34,808 nucleotides of DNA from IMG/VR virus record IMGVR_UViG_3300037961_002649, positions 1 through 34,808 of that record, one strand, 5' to 3'. Shown in pieces: positions 26,601 through 34,799 of the stretch (position 1 is the first letter of the stretch; every line of letters starts with the position of its first letter). This DNA is from a virus. Lineage: Duplodnaviria > Caudoviricetes. The notes under the pieces are model-generated. The model searched no databases, was not told the DNA's origin, and saw nothing but the letters and a program-made list of their open reading frames with translations. The position numbers and the translations under genes were made by a program.

Positions 26601-29600
26601 AAAACAAAATAAATAAGTTAAAAGCAAGGCAACAACAAAAAGAATTAGATAAAAGATATGAAAAAACTATAAAGAAGATACAAAAGATTGATAAGCCTGT
26701 TAATGGTGCTACAGCTAAACCAGGGTTTGTGGTTGATTTTAACGAACAAATAAAACTAAATTTACAAAACAAGAAGCAAACGGAATTATTTCGTGAAAAA
26801 GCATCCAAAGAAGATAAAGAAAACACCAAAAAACTTACATCCGAAGTTTCCAGACTACGATCTCGGCTCGGGATCACCACTCGTGCTACCAACATCCTGG
26901 AGCCCCTTGAAAAAGTCGGTGCAAGTCATTTCATCGGACAAAGAGTCAAATCCCCAGAAGAGTTAGCAGTTCTTGCTCAAGTTGCCAGGGACAGGCGATT
27001 TGAAACCTTTTACATACTTTACACCAACAGACAAGCAGATGGAACAGATAAAATAGTTCAGTATACTGCTGTATCCAATAAAATGCCTGGATGGGTAAAC
27101 CCTTTTTATGTTAAAGAATTAGGGGTGTACAGACCAGATTATATGACTGGTTATATGTATGAAGTAATGAGGGATAGTGGTGCAGATGGTTATTATTTGT
27201 TACACAATCATCCTTCGTCAGTGCCATATCCAAGTAAAGGAGATTTAAGTTCTACAACAGCGTTTACGGACAATTTACCAGGTTTTCGTGCTCATGTTAT
27301 TATCAATACAAAAGACTTTGGATATATCTTACCCAGTAAAAAAAATAAAAGAGGGTTGCGATATGGTATGCAAGAGTTAAGTCCGTATAATCAAATAAAA
27401 AAAGATCCTTTATACGACAAGAATTTTGACAAATTAAATATGAAATTGGATGGTGGTCCAGGCAGGATACCAGATATATTAAAAAACTTTGCAGATAATA
27501 AAAATGTTGTGTCGGTTTTTGCAACAAACTACAATTTTCAACTAAACGCACTGGTAGACATACCAATAGAAAAATTTTTAAATGTTGGAAAGCAAAGAAA
27601 TTTCGGGTTTGGTTTGGCAAGGCTAAAAGCACAGATAAGAAAAATTGCCAGAGATTATGGTGGCCAAAGAATATTCTTGGTAACAAATCGTGTAGATGGT
27701 TTCCCAGGTGGAGATTATGGTGCATTAGAAAGAGTATTTAGAAAGCTGTATAAAGATAATTTTATTACAGAAGGATTTTTATTTGCTGATTATGCTAAAC
27801 CAGAATTAGGTCAAAATAGAGTTAGTAATCGTACATCTACATGGAAAGGTAAATTAGAGTTTGGAGAAAGCACAGCAAAAAGCACCAGGGTAGTTGCAGA
27901 ATCAAACTACAGAGGGGCACACACTGCACCTTCTGCTGATTATGGTGCTCCTGGACATGATCTAACAGAAATGTATCCTGATGATATATATGGTCCAAAT
28001 GGAGCCAGGTACTATGGTCATGGTGGATTTCCTATAGGAGAAAAAGGAATAGATCAGGAAACAATTAATATTCTCAATACTGTTCGTGGCAAACCAGATA
28101 AAATTGTAACAATTTATAGAGCAGTTCCAAAAGATATAAAAGAAATTAATCCAGGCGATTGGGTTACTGTTAATAAAAAATATGCAAAATTTCATGGAAA
28201 AAATTGGTTAGATAATAATTTTACTGTTTTATCCAAAAAAGTTCCTGCCAGGGAAATATATACAGATGGTAACAGTATACATGAGTTCGGTTGGAATCCA
28301 CAAACAAATGTTTCTCCATCTCAAACAAAATCACCAGAGTTTAAAAAATGGTTTAAAAAGTCTAAAGCAGTAGATGAAAACGGAAAGCCAGAAGTTTTAT
28401 ATCATGGTACAACCCAAAGTTTTGATGTGTTTGACATAAAAAGAGCAATACCTGATGCTGATTTAGGTAAGGGTTTTTATTTTACAAATAACATAGTAGA
28501 TGTAAACAGAAACTATGGAAATATACAAGGTCCAGATTTACAAAATAAAATTGAAAGAATAGCAGAGAGAAACGATAAATACGGAGAAAGTGACAAAGGT
28601 GACGAAAAAATAATTGCAGAAATAGAAAAGAATTTAGCACCTAACGAAGGCAATGTAATGCCTGTTTATCTTTCATTACAAAACCCTGTTGATCTTGGAG
28701 AAAAAGGAACATTTATAGAACCAGGATATACATACGATGAAGAATTAGATGATTATATTGAAGATGAAAATAGTATCGCTATGCTTATGCTTGATGAAAT
28801 TAATAGAAATTATTATGGATTAGATGCTAAAGATAAAGTAGATATTATAGAAAAATATAACGAAATAATAATAGATGGTATTTACGCTAAAGATTTAATT
28901 AGTGAATTAAAAAAAGTAGATGCAATAGCATATATGGATGATGATAATGGAGATTTAATTGGGAATGATTTTATAAGTGATTTATTTGCTAAAGCAGGAT
29001 TTGATGGTTTTATTGTACCCGATGCAAATAAAAGATTTAATATGGACATGGTTGAAGGCACTACACACTACATTGTATTTGATCCTACTCAAATTAAATC
29101 AGCTATTGGAAACAGAGGTACATTTGATCCCGACAGCCCAAGTATTATAGAAGATGACATTCCTGCTATAAAGATAAAGCCACATAAACAATTACAAAAA
29201 GAAGCACCTAAAGTGCCCAAGAAAGTCTATGACGATGCAAGAAACAAAGTAGAGGGTAAGTCTCGTCTAAAAGCTATTGTTAGTTTGGGTAAAACTATTA
29301 AAAAAGAATTTAAAGAGCCTGGTACTCTTAATAGAATACTAACTCCACTTTCAACCAGGTTAAGAGTGTTAGCACCAGAATTAAAAAGAGCCATTAGAAG
29401 ATTTGAGTTTAATGTAGCTATCAATACAGCCAAAGATTTACAGGTTGCTGAAAACTTTATGAAACAAACAGATAAATTAAGAAAAAAGAATATTGGCGAT
29501 TATACTGTATTAGACCTGGCTATGAAAAACAGTGATTTAAAAACAGCACAAGACATCCTTGATAAACATGATATGGGTAGCGAGTTTATAAAAGTACGCA

Positions 29601-31240
29601 ATATGCTGGACAATATATATGCTCGTGCTGAAATGGTTGGTTATGAGCCTAATTATTTAAGTGATTACTTTCCAAGAAAAATAAAAGATAGCGATGGGTT
29701 AATGAATTACTTATACGAATCTGATTCATGGGGAGTATTACAAAGCAATATTAAGGCAAAAGAAAAAGAGTTAGGTAGACGATTAGAAAAAGATGAACGA
29801 TTAAAACTAATTAATAATCTGATTCGTGGATTTGGTGGCAGATTAGGAATACAAAGACCAGCAAACCTTAAAGAAAGAGAAATAGAATATTTAAATACTG
29901 ATCTTAACGAGTTTTACTACGATAGTAACACAGCATTACATCGATATATTGTGCAAATGAACGAAGCAATAGAGATAAAAAGGTTTTTTGGCAAAGGTAT
30001 GGGACCACAAGATCCAAACGTTCAAGTAGACAATAACGTTGTGGGTGAATATGTAGATACTTTATTAGACCAAGGAGTTATAAAGCCAAACCAACAAGAC
30101 GAATTAATTAATTTATTACGAATACGATTTGCCCAGGGCCCAATGGATCCAAGAATAGCAAAAATGAGAAGTGGGTCTTATTTACTTACGATGGGCCAGT
30201 TGTCCAGTGCAGTGACCCAGATCGGTGATTTAGCCTGGTCAATATATAGTGGTGGCTTGACTCAAACAGGTAAGGCATTAGGGAAAAGTGTTGTAAGAAA
30301 ATCAGCTATAACCAAAAAAGACATTGGTATTGATAAGATTGCTCAAGAGTTTACAGAGGTCCCAGGTGCATCAAAAATATTAGATAGGGTTTTCACTTTA
30401 TCTGGTCTTAATTATATTGACAGTCTTGGTAAAGAAGCGTTAATTAATAGCACCATTGGTCGATACCAGAAGCAAGCCAGAAAAGGAAAATTTAGTTCAT
30501 CGCTACAGGAAAGATTAGACGAAGCATTTAGCGAAAAAGAATTGCCTAAAGTTATCGAAGATTTAAAATCTGGTAACATAACAGATGATATAAAATATTT
30601 AGCCCATTATACATTATCTGATTTTCAGCCTGTTAGTTTATCAGAAATGCCAGAATATTATTTAAAGGCTCCTAATGGCAGAATAATGTATATGTTAAAG
30701 TCATATCAGGTAAAACAATTTAATGTTATAAGAGATGAAGCATTTAAGAAAATGAACCAGGGTAAAACAGCCAAAGAGAAAACAGAAGGTGTGCGAAGGC
30801 TTATTTATCTTGCCAGTGTATTAATGCTAACGGGTATGACAGCAGATAAGATTAAAAACTTTATGTATGGCAGAGAACAAGAATTAGATGAGATGGTTAC
30901 TGACAACCTTTTAAGGCTATTTGGTTTTAACAAGTATTTAGTTTATGTGCAAAAAAGGTATAAAAACTGGGCATATACAGCATTAAAGTTTATGGCTCCA
31001 CCAGTATTTCTATTGAATCCTCTATTTGAATCTGCTATGCAAGATTTAGACAAATTTTACAGAACCAAAAAGAAAGGTGAAAAATACAAAATACCAGAAG
31101 ATGTAAAAACAGTAAAGAATCTGCCTTTAATAGGAAAGTTTTATTACGAATATTTTGGTCCTGGAAAAGAATACAATATGAAGCGTAAAGAAAAAGAACA
31201 GAAAAAAGGTAAAAAGAAAAAAAAGAGACCTACTATATAA
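23660..31240 (+). CDS. Giant polyvalent internal virion protein: ParB-like, JAB/RadC, two ADP-ribosyltransferase-like domains
   Basis: FQPR...YIVVSGHHR (nt ~25460-25760); E...YLLHNHPS...PSKGD (~26930-27330); IYRAVP...PGDWVT...EFGW (~27910-28300); FKKWF...LYHGT...GFYFT...PVYL...FDPTQIKSA (~28325-29145). Confidence 0.85.
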   Translation: MATPKDLLDYAGERLYRNSLDDVLDQIQQDIENERAIEQARQNIIVNDPDPVKKLREVQSIEKSVVNEPPEVQRAVLDTTYQIPRPVQTPVQPQQNRFMLPPDGTQPTIGQPRGVQQNLSDDDLRFRAELERIQEPFDRIFQEKLKTAKEIPGRNVTDPISGASYTVPGSTKEQIAKQKTIEQLEKDGVIKSQGFRNFLTTAIPLGGLSPEEQAQQTFFPARTALAQLGGAFAGLGLTSQAIRAPKIAQASYDAVRRGTKIGNFLTQKGINTVKAGKFTASATTGAGTFGAFRAIDQIDEDAPIEDKAKTIVEDAIFGAGFGLTGSLNNPATRSLAEGTFGFVTSKLLEGATTQEALLNGLLFAGFGVLNKRNMSDVEKGIAINEFKKVGDDSFRIIQDLRKQAGQKPFTKLQEKQWKKARDEFSERFRYEKYSPEQVKADTEEFITRFLQTNDPKGSIARIRQLGNQARTQSLQAKAKTRKEAVSVPTTGKTDKVSQENVLRLSTGEQLRRMKGLGYTEDQFVRFTGKQRQDILDNNIREENFVTEQPTRPSMPVPGPAPDVTPSTKKSDKLVPKKLEPKPKEVKPEVKPTKGEATGLKTVTLKPSNIKIDESKFQPREEYNQAVIDDIAKNFDPKKWDEPVLYQDPKTNEYIVVSGHHRHRGVVKGGYGSATYKVLPKGTTIDDAINMSEEGNLARTEQSSFENSKVVRRRFDKGNSLVDIANALPGLTKATSNAGKSNAVRKLLNLSYLDNKGSLKSNYDSVNEFPKIQSTSSYVGGLRKQYDWMTDKYEDDIFTYLYTENGIRQDDADWKLNIDSTLEKLADMKERPGSILKQLRKDPLQPKEGTSDEVLTQIKDIKKSIDNIGNQLTDDKFLQREIDRIQTEKGLTDVDALQEVKRDLRKRRAELKTELKALVDESSKPDPDQATMFDDIEQYNMFGGTDILKEVSKKDKKVLDELHQELASINKEQFFLTNQVSQNKINKLKARQQQKELDKRYEKTIKKIQKIDKPVNGATAKPGFVVDFNEQIKLNLQNKKQTELFREKASKEDKENTKKLTSEVSRLRSRLGITTRATNILEPLEKVGASHFIGQRVKSPEELAVLAQVARDRRFETFYILYTNRQADGTDKIVQYTAVSNKMPGWVNPFYVKELGVYRPDYMTGYMYEVMRDSGADGYYLLHNHPSSVPYPSKGDLSSTTAFTDNLPGFRAHVIINTKDFGYILPSKKNKRGLRYGMQELSPYNQIKKDPLYDKNFDKLNMKLDGGPGRIPDILKNFADNKNVVSVFATNYNFQLNALVDIPIEKFLNVGKQRNFGFGLARLKAQIRKIARDYGGQRIFLVTNRVDGFPGGDYGALERVFRKLYKDNFITEGFLFADYAKPELGQNRVSNRTSTWKGKLEFGESTAKSTRVVAESNYRGAHTAPSADYGAPGHDLTEMYPDDIYGPNGARYYGHGGFPIGEKGIDQETINILNTVRGKPDKIVTIYRAVPKDIKEINPGDWVTVNKKYAKFHGKNWLDNNFTVLSKKVPAREIYTDGNSIHEFGWNPQTNVSPSQTKSPEFKKWFKKSKAVDENGKPEVLYHGTTQSFDVFDIKRAIPDADLGKGFYFTNNIVDVNRNYGNIQGPDLQNKIERIAERNDKYGESDKGDEKIIAEIEKNLAPNEGNVMPVYLSLQNPVDLGEKGTFIEPGYTYDEELDDYIEDENSIAMLMLDEINRNYYGLDAKDKVDIIEKYNEIIIDGIYAKDLISELKKVDAIAYMDDDNGDLIGNDFISDLFAKAGFDGFIVPDANKRFNMDMVEGTTHYIVFDPTQIKSAIGNRGTFDPDSPSIIEDDIPAIKIKPHKQLQKEAPKVPKKVYDDARNKVEGKSRLKAIVSLGKTIKKEFKEPGTLNRILTPLSTRLRVLAPELKRAIRRFEFNVAINTAKDLQVAENFMKQTDKLRKKNIGDYTVLDLAMKNSDLKTAQDILDKHDMGSEFIKVRNMLDNIYARAEMVGYEPNYLSDYFPRKIKDSDGLMNYLYESDSWGVLQSNIKAKEKELGRRLEKDERLKLINNLIRGFGGRLGIQRPANLKEREIEYLNTDLNEFYYDSNTALHRYIVQMNEAIEIKRFFGKGMGPQDPNVQVDNNVVGEYVDTLLDQGVIKPNQQDELINLLRIRFAQGPMDPRIAKMRSGSYLLTMGQLSSAVTQIGDLAWSIYSGGLTQTGKALGKSVVRKSAITKKDIGIDKIAQEFTEVPGASKILDRVFTLSGLNYIDSLGKEALINSTIGRYQKQARKGKFSSSLQERLDEAFSEKELPKVIEDLKSGNITDDIKYLAHYTLSDFQPVSLSEMPEYYLKAPNGRIMYMLKSYQVKQFNVIRDEAFKKMNQGKTAKEKTEGVRRLIYLASVLMLTGMTADKIKNFMYGREQELDEMVTDNLLRLFGFNKYLVYVQKRYKNWAYTALKFMAPPVFLLNPLFESAMQDLDKFYRTKKKGEKYKIPEDVKTVKNLPLIGKFYYEYFGPGKEYNMKRKEKEQKKGKKKKKRPTI

Positions 31241-31243
31241 AAT

Positions 31244-31277
31244 AAATTTGCCATTGGTTGCTACACCTTTGGAAATT
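31244..31277 (+). promoter_or_regulatory. Putative late promoter motif, copy 2
   Basis: AAATTTGCcatTGGTTGCTacaccTTTgGAAATT, matches 9067-9100. Confidence 0.6.
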
Positions 31278-31281
31278 CAGA

Positions 31282-31324
31282 TACTCCTGTTGCCCTGGGA
31301 ATCATAACCTGGGGCTATTTTTAT
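31282..31324 (+). ncRNA. Putative short anti-SD RNA or attenuated leader with terminator hairpin
   Basis: TACTCCTGTT, then GCCCTGGG-AATCATAA-CCTGGGGC hairpin and TATTTTTAT. Confidence 0.45.
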
Positions 31325-31365
31325 CCCCACAGTAAAGAGCATTCTTTAAAAGGAGATTAGCACAA

Positions 31366-31626
31366 ATGGCAAGTGGCTCGTCAATATCAACCGTAAAAGG
31401 TTTAGGATCAGCAAACAAAGCAGTTGTACATACAGGTACAGGTACGTTTGCACAACCAAAAGGTATATACATAGGCGTATCTGACGATTATAAGTTTACG
31501 TTAGATGGTACAGCAGTAACCTTTAAAAACTGTAATGCTGGTTCTTTTTTACCGATTAGACCAACCAAAGCAACCACCACTGGAGATGCAACTGTAGACA
31601 GTGGTGATATTATCTTACTTTATTAA
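31366..31626 (+). CDS. Head spike base protein (Rcc01079-like)
   Basis: KGIYIG...VTFKNCNAGSFLPIRPTK...DIILLY resembles the RcGTA spike-base pattern; AAGGAG RBS. Confidence 0.7.
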   Translation: MASGSSISTVKGLGSANKAVVHTGTGTFAQPKGIYIGVSDDYKFTLDGTAVTFKNCNAGSFLPIRPTKATTTGDATVDSGDIILLY

Positions 31627-31628
31627 TT

Positions 31629-31754
31629 ATGATTCAGTTCGGAGTCAATTTTGCCAGATCTTGTTTACAAGTATTAGAAGGACTTGTAGGTGGCTGGGCT
31701 CTTATTGTATCGAATTGGGAGGATTTAGATACTCCCTGGGATGAATTAGACTAA
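31629..31754 (+). CDS. 41-aa linker peptide with Trp every 7 residues
   Basis: MIQFGVNFARSCLQVLEGLVGGWALIVSNWEDLDTPWDELD; fills the gap between spike base and fibre. Confidence 0.6.
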   Translation: MIQFGVNFARSCLQVLEGLVGGWALIVSNWEDLDTPWDELD

Positions 31755-31763
31755 AGGAATATT

Positions 31764-34388
31764 ATGGCAAGTTTAGAAGGAAGAAGTGTAGCAAGTAGCT
31801 ACAAAGATTTATTACAAGTATCCAATTCAAATAGTGGTATAGATGGTACTGCAAGAGTTGTATCAGATGGAGAAGATACTGCATCAAAATTATTTTTGGA
31901 TACAAACAGAGTTGGGGTGGGAATTGCACCAACAGATGGAACTCTTCATGTTCATACTGCAACAGCTGGAAGTATTGGAGCTGATAGTGCTTGTGATGAT
32001 TTAGTTGTGGAAAATAGTGCAAGTGGTGGTATTTCTATACTTACTCCAAATGATGCTTTAGGGCAATTAGCATTTGGTAGTCCAGCAGATGCTTATGGAG
32101 CTTTTATAGGTTGGAAGTCAGATGATAATCAGATGACGATTGCAACTGCAAATGCTGGAGATAGCATTGTAATGCAGACGGCAAATAAAGTTACTGCATT
32201 AACTATAGACTCAAGTCAAAATGTTGGTATTGGTGGAGCACCTTCAGCACCTGTTCATGTGTCAATCCCTGCTCAAAATGGTGTAAGTTCTCCTATAGAA
32301 GCATTAAGACTTGAAGTTTCTGAATCACATGGAAATGTTGATGTAGGCAGTAACCAAGGCCCAGCTATTGATTTTTATGTTCCTGTTGATTCTAACACAT
32401 CACAAATAGGTGGTCGTATTGCTGTTGGTCACGAAAATGGGACTGATTCAGATAGTTCGGCTAAATTAACGTTTACAACAGCCCCAGATGGTTCTTCTTT
32501 AAATGCAAGTCCAGCATTAACTATAGACTCAAGTCAAAATGTTGGTATTGGAACAGATAATCCTCAAAGCCTTGTGGATATTTCTGCAAGTACAAATAAT
32601 GATTATCCATTAATAGTCAGAGGTGATATTGATAACGATGGTGGTTATACAGGAATAGCTTTTAATTATAATGGAGCAACAACCTCTTATGAAAAAGCAG
32701 TTATTCATGTTCAAGGTACTTCTGGTAATATTGACCCAGAAATGCACTTTTTAATTAATTCTGATGGGGGAACAACTAACGCTACTATTGCCGATGCTGT
32801 ATTGAGTTTAAAACAAGGTGGCAATATTGATGCTAATGCTAACTACATAGTAAACGAACAAGGTACACAGAACCATGTAGCCAATACAATGTCCTCTCCA
32901 TATTATAGATTTGACAAAGTGGATGACGTTATAACTGTAGCTGATAGTACAGTTTATGAATTTGGAACAAGTGATTTTGCTATTAGTCTATGGATTTATT
33001 TTGAAAATACAGTTGCAAATCAAGGTATTTGGGAAAAAAGAACAGATGCAAGTAATCAAATTCGAGTTTATACAGATGCAGATAGCAATTTAAACCTACT
33101 TGCAAAAACAAGCGGTTCTACAAGAATCCATGCTGAAACTTCTGGTGGCTTATCTGCTGGTGAATGGTATCACCTTGCTATTGTTTGCGATAGAGATTCT
33201 GGAAATACTATTTATATAAATGGAGTTTCTCAAACTTTAATAAATAATACAAAAGATGATGGTGCTCATAGTATGGCTTTTGGAGCAACCACAATAGGAA
33301 GGTCAGAATCATCTGCTCAATACTTTGGTGGTTCAATGACAAGTCTTATGCTTCATAACCACGCTCTTGATTCTACAGAAGTAAAAGAACTATATAGTGG
33401 TATAAGTGTACCTTATAAATACAAAGGTGCAAATCAGACTGATTTAGTTACAAGTAATTTTGTTAACAATGGAAGTTTTCCGTTTGATACTTTTACAGGA
33501 GCAAGTGCTGATGGATTTACTGCTGTAAGAAGCACATCTGGTACAAAAGTTGCTGGAACTGCTGATGAAATTGTACTTGTGAAAGGCAAGTCTTACAGGG
33601 TTTCTTTTGATGTTACTTTAACAAGTGGAACTTTTCCTTTAGCAAGAGTTAGGGAATCACAAACCTCTGGTACTTTAATTGAAATAGTTTCTACTGGAGG
33701 TGCAAGTGATGGAGACAAAATAAACTTTGAATTTACTGCAACTGCTTCTGGTACTTATGTTGTTTCATTTGAATCTTCAAATTCTGTTAGTTTTGCAATA
33801 GCTAATTTTAATTTTGTACAAATCGGTGCAGTAGCTGAATATGATGGTAGTGGAATAGCATCTGATGAATGGTTTGATAAATCTGGTAATGATTTACATG
33901 GAACTGTATCTGGTGCAAGTGTAGAAAATGCTCCTTCTGGTGATGATGGATTGGTTTTTGAGACAGGTACTTTTACTCCTACTCTTACAACCAATAGCAC
34001 AGATTTTACTTCAGTTACTTATGATTCATTAGTAAGTGGAAGATACTCAAGGGTGGGTAATACTGTTCATATTCAAGGATTTATGAGAACAGATGCCATT
34101 AATAAAGGTTCTGCAAGTGGAGATGTCGCTATTGGTGGCTTGCCTTTTAGTGCAGTTACAAACACTTCGGGAACTGCAAATGGTCAAGCATCTATAAGTA
34201 TTAGTAATGCAAGTGGTTGGACAGGAGAAAATCCATCTCATGGTTTAATAATTCAAACAACAACACTTATACAGCTTTACTACGCTGATTACAATGTTGA
34301 CGCTAATAATATTGCAGTAGCAGATGTAACAGATGGAACAAGTGCAGATAAAAATGCACTTTATTTTGCTGGAACATATACAATTTAA
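31764..34388 (+). CDS. Fibre / receptor-binding protein with VGIG repeats and LamG (concanavalin A-like) domain
   Basis: NVGIG repeats, DFAISLWI...GEWYHLAIV...IYINGV...LMLHNHAL, C-terminal ETGTFTPTL...YSRVGNTVHI...GGLPF. Confidence 0.85.
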   Translation: MASLEGRSVASSYKDLLQVSNSNSGIDGTARVVSDGEDTASKLFLDTNRVGVGIAPTDGTLHVHTATAGSIGADSACDDLVVENSASGGISILTPNDALGQLAFGSPADAYGAFIGWKSDDNQMTIATANAGDSIVMQTANKVTALTIDSSQNVGIGGAPSAPVHVSIPAQNGVSSPIEALRLEVSESHGNVDVGSNQGPAIDFYVPVDSNTSQIGGRIAVGHENGTDSDSSAKLTFTTAPDGSSLNASPALTIDSSQNVGIGTDNPQSLVDISASTNNDYPLIVRGDIDNDGGYTGIAFNYNGATTSYEKAVIHVQGTSGNIDPEMHFLINSDGGTTNATIADAVLSLKQGGNIDANANYIVNEQGTQNHVANTMSSPYYRFDKVDDVITVADSTVYEFGTSDFAISLWIYFENTVANQGIWEKRTDASNQIRVYTDADSNLNLLAKTSGSTRIHAETSGGLSAGEWYHLAIVCDRDSGNTIYINGVSQTLINNTKDDGAHSMAFGATTIGRSESSAQYFGGSMTSLMLHNHALDSTEVKELYSGISVPYKYKGANQTDLVTSNFVNNGSFPFDTFTGASADGFTAVRSTSGTKVAGTADEIVLVKGKSYRVSFDVTLTSGTFPLARVRESQTSGTLIEIVSTGGASDGDKINFEFTATASGTYVVSFESSNSVSFAIANFNFVQIGAVAEYDGSGIASDEWFDKSGNDLHGTVSGASVENAPSGDDGLVFETGTFTPTLTTNSTDFTSVTYDSLVSGRYSRVGNTVHIQGFMRTDAINKGSASGDVAIGGLPFSAVTNTSGTANGQASISISNASGWTGENPSHGLIIQTTTLIQLYYADYNVDANNIAVADVTDGTSADKNALYFAGTYTI
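32196..32551 (+). repeat. Perfect 38-bp direct repeat pair (32196-32233 and 32514-32551)
   Basis: GCATTAACTATAGACTCAAGTCAAAATGTTGGTATTGG twice, 318 bp apart, in frame. Confidence 0.95.
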
Positions 34389-34412
34389 TTGGATAATTAA
34401 AAGGAGTCAGTA

Positions 34413-34799
34413 ATGGCATTAGAAAAAGTGGTCGAGGTAGACCAAATTGAAGTAAAAGGCGAATACTCAATACAAGTGAGAACAGCCACAAAAGTAATGG
34501 ATGATGGTAAACAGATTGGTAGCGTAGGCTATCATCGTCATGTAGTTCATCCAGATTCTATTTTGGAAGGACAAGATGCAAAGGTAGTTAAGATTGCTGA
34601 AGCATTGTGGGGAGATGCAGAAAAAGAAGCATGGTTTGTATCTCAAAATGGCTATCCAAGTGGTGAACCAGCAGATAGCTGGAGTAAAGCACACCTACAA
34701 GCATATTGCAGTAAGCATAGCGTAGCATGGACAGATGAACACACCAAAGCACAATTATTAACCAAAGCAAAAGCAAAGTATGAGGAATTAAATGGCTAA
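34413..34799 (+). CDS. Fibre-associated protein with C-terminal SAP/HeH-like motif
   Basis: AAGGAG RBS; IQVRTAT...YHRHVV N-domain; WSKAHLQAYC...TKAQLL tail. Confidence 0.8.
   Translation: MALEKVVEVDQIEVKGEYSIQVRTATKVMDDGKQIGSVGYHRHVVHPDSILEGQDAKVVKIAEALWGDAEKEAWFVSQNGYPSGEPADSWSKAHLQAYCSKHSVAWTDEHTKAQLLTKAKAKYEELNG

Noticed and set aside
126-34776. Minus-strand ORFs in the track (for example 7624-8010, 26053-26523, 27303-27725)
   Set aside because: All lie antisense to well-supported + strand genes and show no recognisable motifs
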